A stretch of 64,000 bases of DNA. It comes from an uncultured Nitrososphaerota archaeon (lineage in GTDB: Archaea; Thermoproteota; Nitrososphaeria; Nitrososphaerales; Gagatemarchaeaceae). Under the pieces are notes generated by a model. It did not search any database. It worked only from the letters and a program-made list of their open reading frames with translations, and was not told the DNA's origin. Below are positions 58,947 to 64,000 of this stretch, piece after piece. Made by a program: the position numbers and the translations under genes. Positions within the stretch are counted from its first letter, which is position 1. Each line of letters opens with the position of its first letter. The stretch is from assembly GCA_963703285.1 (NCBI GenBank), contig OY969807.1:1344001-1408000 (forward strand), written 5' to 3'.

Positions 58947-60581
58947 CTAGTTCAGGCCGTAGCGCTTCACTTTCTCGAGGTCGAGGCCGCGCTTCCTGCA
59001 CATTGATTCGATGTAGTGGAGGAGGCCGTACCCGCCCAGGTTGAGCACGCTCGACATGACGGCCCGTCTCGCGAAATTGCCCTTGCTGTCCGTCACGGCA
59101 TCCCTCTTGATCATCTTCGAGAGGTGCCGGTAGCATGCGTAGTAGACCGCGAGCTCGGACTCGTCGAGAATATCCGGGCTCCAGGACCTGCTCCTGATCA
59201 TCCCCAAGGGCACGTTCTGCATCGGGGTGGCGGTGAACTCGGAGAGCCTCCCCCCGTCGACCTCCATGTTGCTGAGCCTGTTGACCATCGCCACCGTCTC
59301 CCAGTTGTCCTCCGCAGTCTCGTCCATCTGCCCCACCTGGACGGTGAAGGCGGGCCGCCAGTAAGCGACGTTCATCCCCTTGACGCCCTCCTCGACTATG
59401 GACTGCCAGGAGCCGTCGGGGCCAATCTTGAGCGGGAGCGTCTTGTTGGGCATGTGTATCTGGGCCAGCCGTTCGCTCCCCGTCTCCAGCCCGACCTGGA
59501 TGCCGATCCACTTGTCCGGTCCGGCGTGCACGACCGAGGAAATCCTCTTGGTTATCTCGGGATACCCCGCCGGGATGGATATCCTTCCGTGAGTGGGGTT
59601 GGTGTGGGCGAGCCCCTTGACGGACATCACCGTCTTGAACAGCTCATCGATGGCCTCTTCGTTGGGGACGAAGTGCGGCCCGTGCTTGTAGGCGAAGATC
59701 TCGTCGCTGTGCAGCCAGGCGCTCGTCTTGCCGGCCCTGGCGTTGACCTCTACCTCCTTCGCGACCATCTCGGACGTGTAGTAGCGGATGGGCCTCAGGG
59801 TCACCTCGCAGAAGTCGCAGCCTATTCCGCATCCCCGCATCACCTCGCTCAGCCCCTTGACGGTGGGCCCCTGGATGAGGGGTATGTCCTCGAGCGTCGG
59901 GAACTGCTTGGACGACCTCATCCGCGTTATGAAGCGGTCGTGGGTGACCCACGTCTTGTGGAAGTGGTCGTCGAAGGAGGAGTAGCCCTGGAAGTAGTCG
60001 GCGTTGATTCCGCCGCTGGAGATGTCGGCGAGGACTTCGTTGATGATGTCGTCGGCCTGGCCCTGGAACGCGTAGTCTATCTTGAGCTCGTCCAGCAGCT
60101 CCGGGTGGACGGTGAGCTCCCAGACCCCCGGGCCTCCGACAACCAGCTTGGCCTTCTTCCCCACCCTGGCCCTGTTGACCTTCGCGATGAGCCCCTCGAA
60201 CTCCAGCCTGACCCACGCCTTCGAGTGGGTCGCGAAGAGGAGGGAGAACGACATTGTGAGGGGGCCCAGGCCCAGGGGGTCCATCGTGTAGACGCCTATG
60301 ATTTCCGTGTCGTCTTTCACGAACGACTGGATGAAGTCCTCGTGGGCGATGACCACATCCTCCTTCTTGTTCTGGGCCAGGAGGGCCGTCTCTAGCTTCC
60401 TGAGAGCGTAGGGCGCGACGACCGCCCTGCCGTTGTCGTCGGGGGTGCGCGACCCCTTGAGGAACCTGTAGATGAACCCGGGCACAGCCGCGCTGGGCGC
60501 AGATGGCAGGAAGTCAAGCAGCGGGAAGTTGTTGTACTCACGGGAGAGACTAGGGTCGGAGACGAAGATGTACTTTGCCAA
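58947..60581 (-). CDS. Radical SAM protein (B12-binding-domain-like N-terminus)
   Basis: MRGCGIGCDFC CxxxCxxC; VGGPG; GLETGS. Confidence 0.88.
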   Translation of the reverse strand: MAKYIFVSDPSLSREYNNFPLLDFLPSAPSAAVPGFIYRFLKGSRTPDDNGRAVVAPYALRKLETALLAQNKKEDVVIAHEDFIQSFVKDDTEIIGVYTMDPLGLGPLTMSFSLLFATHSKAWVRLEFEGLIAKVNRARVGKKAKLVVGGPGVWELTVHPELLDELKIDYAFQGQADDIINEVLADISSGGINADYFQGYSSFDDHFHKTWVTHDRFITRMRSSKQFPTLEDIPLIQGPTVKGLSEVMRGCGIGCDFCEVTLRPIRYYTSEMVAKEVEVNARAGKTSAWLHSDEIFAYKHGPHFVPNEEAIDELFKTVMSVKGLAHTNPTHGRISIPAGYPEITKRISSVVHAGPDKWIGIQVGLETGSERLAQIHMPNKTLPLKIGPDGSWQSIVEEGVKGMNVAYWRPAFTVQVGQMDETAEDNWETVAMVNRLSNMEVDGGRLSEFTATPMQNVPLGMIRSRSWSPDILDESELAVYYACYRHLSKMIKRDAVTDSKGNFARRAVMSSVLNLGGYGLLHYIESMCRKRGLDLEKVKRYGLN

Positions 60582-60696
60582 CTATATCACTCGCCGGAAG
60601 CGAGGTGACGAAGACGATGCCGGAGACCCTATTCTCACACCTAGGCACTTGGGGAGTTATCGGATGTCCGTCATATTAATCTTTGCGAAGAATGCT

Positions 60697-63540
60697 CTAC
60701 TCGAGATAGAACGCGGGCTTGAAGGGGAGCGCGCCACCCGCCTTCTTCCCCGGGTCGTAGACGTCCTTCCCGCCTGCCTTGAAGACGTTCACCTCGATTC
60801 CCAGCTCGCTGGAGATGAACGTCGCAGCGCCCTTTAGGATATGGAACTCGTCGAAGTCCTCCAGTCCCGCAAGCCTCTGCACGAGCTCCTCTCCCAGCTC
60901 ATACTGGAGCTTGATGACCCTCTCGGGCTTTATCCCCGTCCCGGCGTACTTCTTTATCACCGAGCCGCGGTCCCCGCCCTCCTTCTGGACCCGCGAGAGC
61001 TCGGTGAAGTACGACGAAGCCTCGTCGGAGCTGACGTAGAGGCTCAGCTTCTTCTTGCTCTCCTTGATTATCTTCAGTAGGTTCCTGGCGTCTTCCAGAA
61101 CTCTGTTAACAAGCAGCTCGGCCGTCTCGGCGCCCAGGTCTTCGGGGAACTCCGTCGTCGAGGGCCAGTCGGCGGTGGACATCAGACCCTTCCCGCCATT
61201 CCTCTGGTTGAGCTCCTCCGCAGCGAAGGGGATGAACGGCGAGAGCAGCCTTATCCACGTCTCGGAGACGAGCTCCATGGTCTGCCTTCGAGGCCCCTCC
61301 TCCCTCCTCAGGTACCACCTGATGTCGTTCCAGACGTCGAGAAGGGCTACCGAGAGCGCCTTCCTGATCTTCATGCTCTCGACCGAAGCGGTGACCGTCT
61401 CGATCCTGTGGCGCATCACAGAGATCAACCAAGCGTCGAGCTCGTCTGGGTCTCTCCTCTCGCTCTCCCTAAGGGACTTCTCCATGAACGGGAAGAGCGA
61501 TTCTATCTTGAACTTCATGTCTTCGGCGTTCTTGGACTTCCAGTCTGCGTCGTCCATCCCGTCGGCGGCCAGCGCGAGAGTCGCCCGCAGGGCGTCCGCT
61601 CCGTACAGCTCCAGCGCCTGGCGCCATGTGACGAAGATGTTCCTCGACTTGCTCATCTTCTGGCCCTCTATCTCTATCATCCCGTTGACGCTGAAGCCGA
61701 CGGGCCACTGCGCCTCCTCGAACATCGCCGCGTGATGGAAAGCGAAGAAGGTCAGGTGGTTGGGGATGAGCTCCTTGGCGGAGTTCCGGAGGTCGACCGG
61801 GTACCAGTAGAGGAACTCGGTCCGCATGGCTCTGAGGAGCCTGAGGTCTATCCCCGAGAGCTTCGCCACGTGCGCCTCCGACCCGATCCCCAGAAGGACG
61901 TAGTCGAAGACCTCGGGAACCAGCTGGTCGAACTTGACCCTCTCGGCGTTGACCAGCTGCGAGATGGTGTAGAAGGCCATGTAGATGGTGGAGTCTGAGA
62001 GGGTCTCGACAATCCACTCCTTGTCCCAGGGGAGCTTGGTCCCCATCCCCGAGCGTCGAGCGCAGGACCAGTTCCGCAGCCAGTCGATGGTCGAGTAGTA
62101 CCACTCGAGGGACTGCTCGGGGTAGACGTTGGCGCGCCTGATCAGCGACTTCGTCTTCTCCTTCCAGGCGGGGTCGGAGTAGTTGAGGAACCACTGGTTC
62201 TCGAGTATCTTGACGTAGCATCGGGTCCCGCACTTGCAGACCACCCGCTGGGGCAGCTCCATCATGACGGCGAGGACGCCGCCTCCTTTCATCTCCTCGA
62301 CGACCGTGGGCTTCGCCTCGGAGACCTTCATCCCTCTGTAGCTGCCGCAGTTCTGCTTCATGATCCCCCTGTGGAACTCCGCCTTGTAGAGCTCGGCGGT
62401 GGCCTCCTCGAGCCTGGGGTCGGACGAGTCCCTGATGCCGCGCTTCCTGACCTCGTCCTGGGCAGGGACGTCCGAGTAGCCCTGGATGGCTATCATGGAG
62501 ATCGGCCCGAGCCGCCTAGCGATGGCTGAGATCTCCGGGGACGCGTTCGCTCTCCCCTCCTGGAGGTCGACGAGCCCCATGTAGTCATAGGGCGCGTGCG
62601 CAGGCACGCTGTAGACCACGCCCGTCACGAGGTCGGCATCGACGAACGTCGCCGGGAGCACAGGAAGGCTGGCGCCGGTGATGGGCGCGGTGACCGTCTT
62701 CCCGAGTAGCTCCGAGCCCTTCAGCTCCCTCAGGACCTTGACGGAGTGGAGCTGTTCCGCCAGCCGGTTGGTCGCCGACGAACTGATAATCCAGACCTCT
62801 CCGTCCACATCCGCCTCACAGTAGGCGCCCTCCGGGTGGACCCAGACGTTGGTCGCCCCGAAGATCGTCTCCGGCCTGAGTGTGCCGGCCACGAGCCACC
62901 GCGGGCTCCCCCCGCCCTCGACCCTGAACTTGATGAGGTTGAACTCCTCTGGGGAGACGCCCTCCCCCTCCATCCTGTCGTGGTCGCCGGTGGGGCTCTC
63001 GTCGCGCTTGCACCAGACCACGGGATGCGTCCCCTGGACGACGAAGCCGCGTTCGCGCAGACGCAGGTACTGCCACTCGACGAACTTCTTGAACGCCGGG
63101 TCGACCGTCCTGAACTCCCTCCTCCAGTCTATGGAGAAGCCGGTCTCCTTCACCGCCTCTCTGCTCACCCTCGTATAGTAGGAGGCTAGATACTCGGGGT
63201 CGACGAACCGCTCGACTTCGCTCGGCGGAACCCCGTCGGTCTCGAGGAAGGCCTTCCGGACGCCCTCATCCCCCAGGGAAAGCCTGTAGCTCATCCCGGG
63301 TATGCTCTCCCCCGTCCAGTGCCAGGCCCACGGGAAGAGCACGTTGAACCCCCGCATCCGCTTGAAGCGCGCGTAGACGTCCACCCTCGTGGCGGTGAAG
63401 CAGTGACCTATGTGGAGGGGCCCGTTCATGTAGGGGAACGGGAAGGTGACGAACACCTTCTTCTTCCCCCCGATCGGCTCGGACTCGAAGAGCCGCTTCT
63501 CGCTCCACACGCTCAGCCAGTGTTTCTCGTACGCGACCAA
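60697..63540 (-). CDS. leuS: Leucine--tRNA ligase (archaeal type)
   Basis: FPYMNGPLHIGH, TLRPET, SVPAHAPYD, KMSKS. Confidence 0.97.
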   Translation of the reverse strand: MVAYEKHWLSVWSEKRLFESEPIGGKKKVFVTFPFPYMNGPLHIGHCFTATRVDVYARFKRMRGFNVLFPWAWHWTGESIPGMSYRLSLGDEGVRKAFLETDGVPPSEVERFVDPEYLASYYTRVSREAVKETGFSIDWRREFRTVDPAFKKFVEWQYLRLRERGFVVQGTHPVVWCKRDESPTGDHDRMEGEGVSPEEFNLIKFRVEGGGSPRWLVAGTLRPETIFGATNVWVHPEGAYCEADVDGEVWIISSSATNRLAEQLHSVKVLRELKGSELLGKTVTAPITGASLPVLPATFVDADLVTGVVYSVPAHAPYDYMGLVDLQEGRANASPEISAIARRLGPISMIAIQGYSDVPAQDEVRKRGIRDSSDPRLEEATAELYKAEFHRGIMKQNCGSYRGMKVSEAKPTVVEEMKGGGVLAVMMELPQRVVCKCGTRCYVKILENQWFLNYSDPAWKEKTKSLIRRANVYPEQSLEWYYSTIDWLRNWSCARRSGMGTKLPWDKEWIVETLSDSTIYMAFYTISQLVNAERVKFDQLVPEVFDYVLLGIGSEAHVAKLSGIDLRLLRAMRTEFLYWYPVDLRNSAKELIPNHLTFFAFHHAAMFEEAQWPVGFSVNGMIEIEGQKMSKSRNIFVTWRQALELYGADALRATLALAADGMDDADWKSKNAEDMKFKIESLFPFMEKSLRESERRDPDELDAWLISVMRHRIETVTASVESMKIRKALSVALLDVWNDIRWYLRREEGPRRQTMELVSETWIRLLSPFIPFAAEELNQRNGGKGLMSTADWPSTTEFPEDLGAETAELLVNRVLEDARNLLKIIKESKKKLSLYVSSDEASSYFTELSRVQKEGGDRGSVIKKYAGTGIKPERVIKLQYELGEELVQRLAGLEDFDEFHILKGAATFISSELGIEVNVFKAGGKDVYDPGKKAGGALPFKPAFYLE

Positions 63541-63544
63541 TGGG

Positions 63545-64000
63545 CTATCTCCCGACTAGTCCGGAGACCGTATCGTAGACAGCCTCGGAGGCCTCGTTGA
63601 TGCGGTCCAGCCTCGGACCGCCGCCCTGGGCGAACTCCTTCGAGCCTCCTCCCGACCCTCCGAGGACCTTCGCGACGGCGCGGACGACAGCGTCGGCGGC
63701 GACCCCGGACTCGGCTGCGGCCTTGCCCACAAAACAGGTGATTCGGACTGCGTTGCCTCGGGGAGCTACGCTGGCGTAGACGAGCCGCGGTTCGGCCTTG
63801 ACGCACTTCTGCCCCTGGCTAACAATCAGTTCTTCGTCCAGCTCGCTCTCCCTCGAGAGATAAACCTTTGTCCCCTTGACCTCCCTCGCGGCTGCGAGGA
63901 CCTCGGGAAGGGACGCGGTCACGAGCCTCTCTCCGAGGCTCCTCTGCTTCCTGAGCGACTCCTCGAGCCTCTCGCGCACGTCTTCGGCGACCTTCACGAC
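63545..64000 (-). CDS. alaS: Alanine--tRNA ligase C-terminal DHHA1 region (5'-partial)
   Basis: LGGSGGGSKEFAQGGG; directly upstream of leuS; runs off window edge. Confidence 0.75.
   Translation of the reverse strand, partial: VVKVAEDVRERLEESLRKQRSLGERLVTASLPEVLAAAREVKGTKVYLSRESELDEELIVSQGQKCVKAEPRLVYASVAPRGNAVRITCFVGKAAAESGVAADAVVRAVAKVLGGSGGGSKEFAQGGGPRLDRINEASEAVYDTVSGLVGR

Overview
High-GC archaeal chromosome segment, roughly 60-65% GC by eye. It is most consistent with a non-ammonia-oxidising Nitrososphaerota/Thaumarchaeota lineage; this is inferred from the archaeal housekeeping genes (TiaS, aTrm56, TFE, NAC, MBF1, Tsr3, NreA), TATA-box promoters with frequent TTG starts, and a wHTH/ATP-cone/NrdD-like gene beside nrdJ. 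Left to right it contains: (1) class II RNR (partial) with a catalytically dead wHTH-ATP-cone-NrdD-fold gene; (2) a complete K-E-C-F-A-B-D-x-H-I A/V-type ATPase operon; (3) a 2785-bp lower-GC IS6-family transposon with perfect 27-bp TIRs and an 8-bp TSD, carrying four passenger genes (RHH, unknown, DUF5678-like, retropepsin) and inserted just upstream of the ATPase promoter; (4) a housekeeping block and an initiator tRNA-Met with two introns; (5) a PAPS-synthesis / AlkP-superfamily / flippase / GT2 cluster with no canonical sulfotransferase, where an RHH regulator and one AlkP enzyme share an 'LGY' C-terminal peptide; (6) a metal-homeostasis region with three Nramp-family genes, a CDF-like gene, ArsC and 19-bp-periodic operator arrays; (7) a free-standing LAGLIDADG gene next to RNase P RNA; (8) mre11-rad50-nreA-alaX, dinB, a radical SAM gene, leuS and partial alaS. 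Several single-base indels in otherwise intact genes look like sequencing or assembly errors. All family assignments come from motif recognition by eye; no searches were run.
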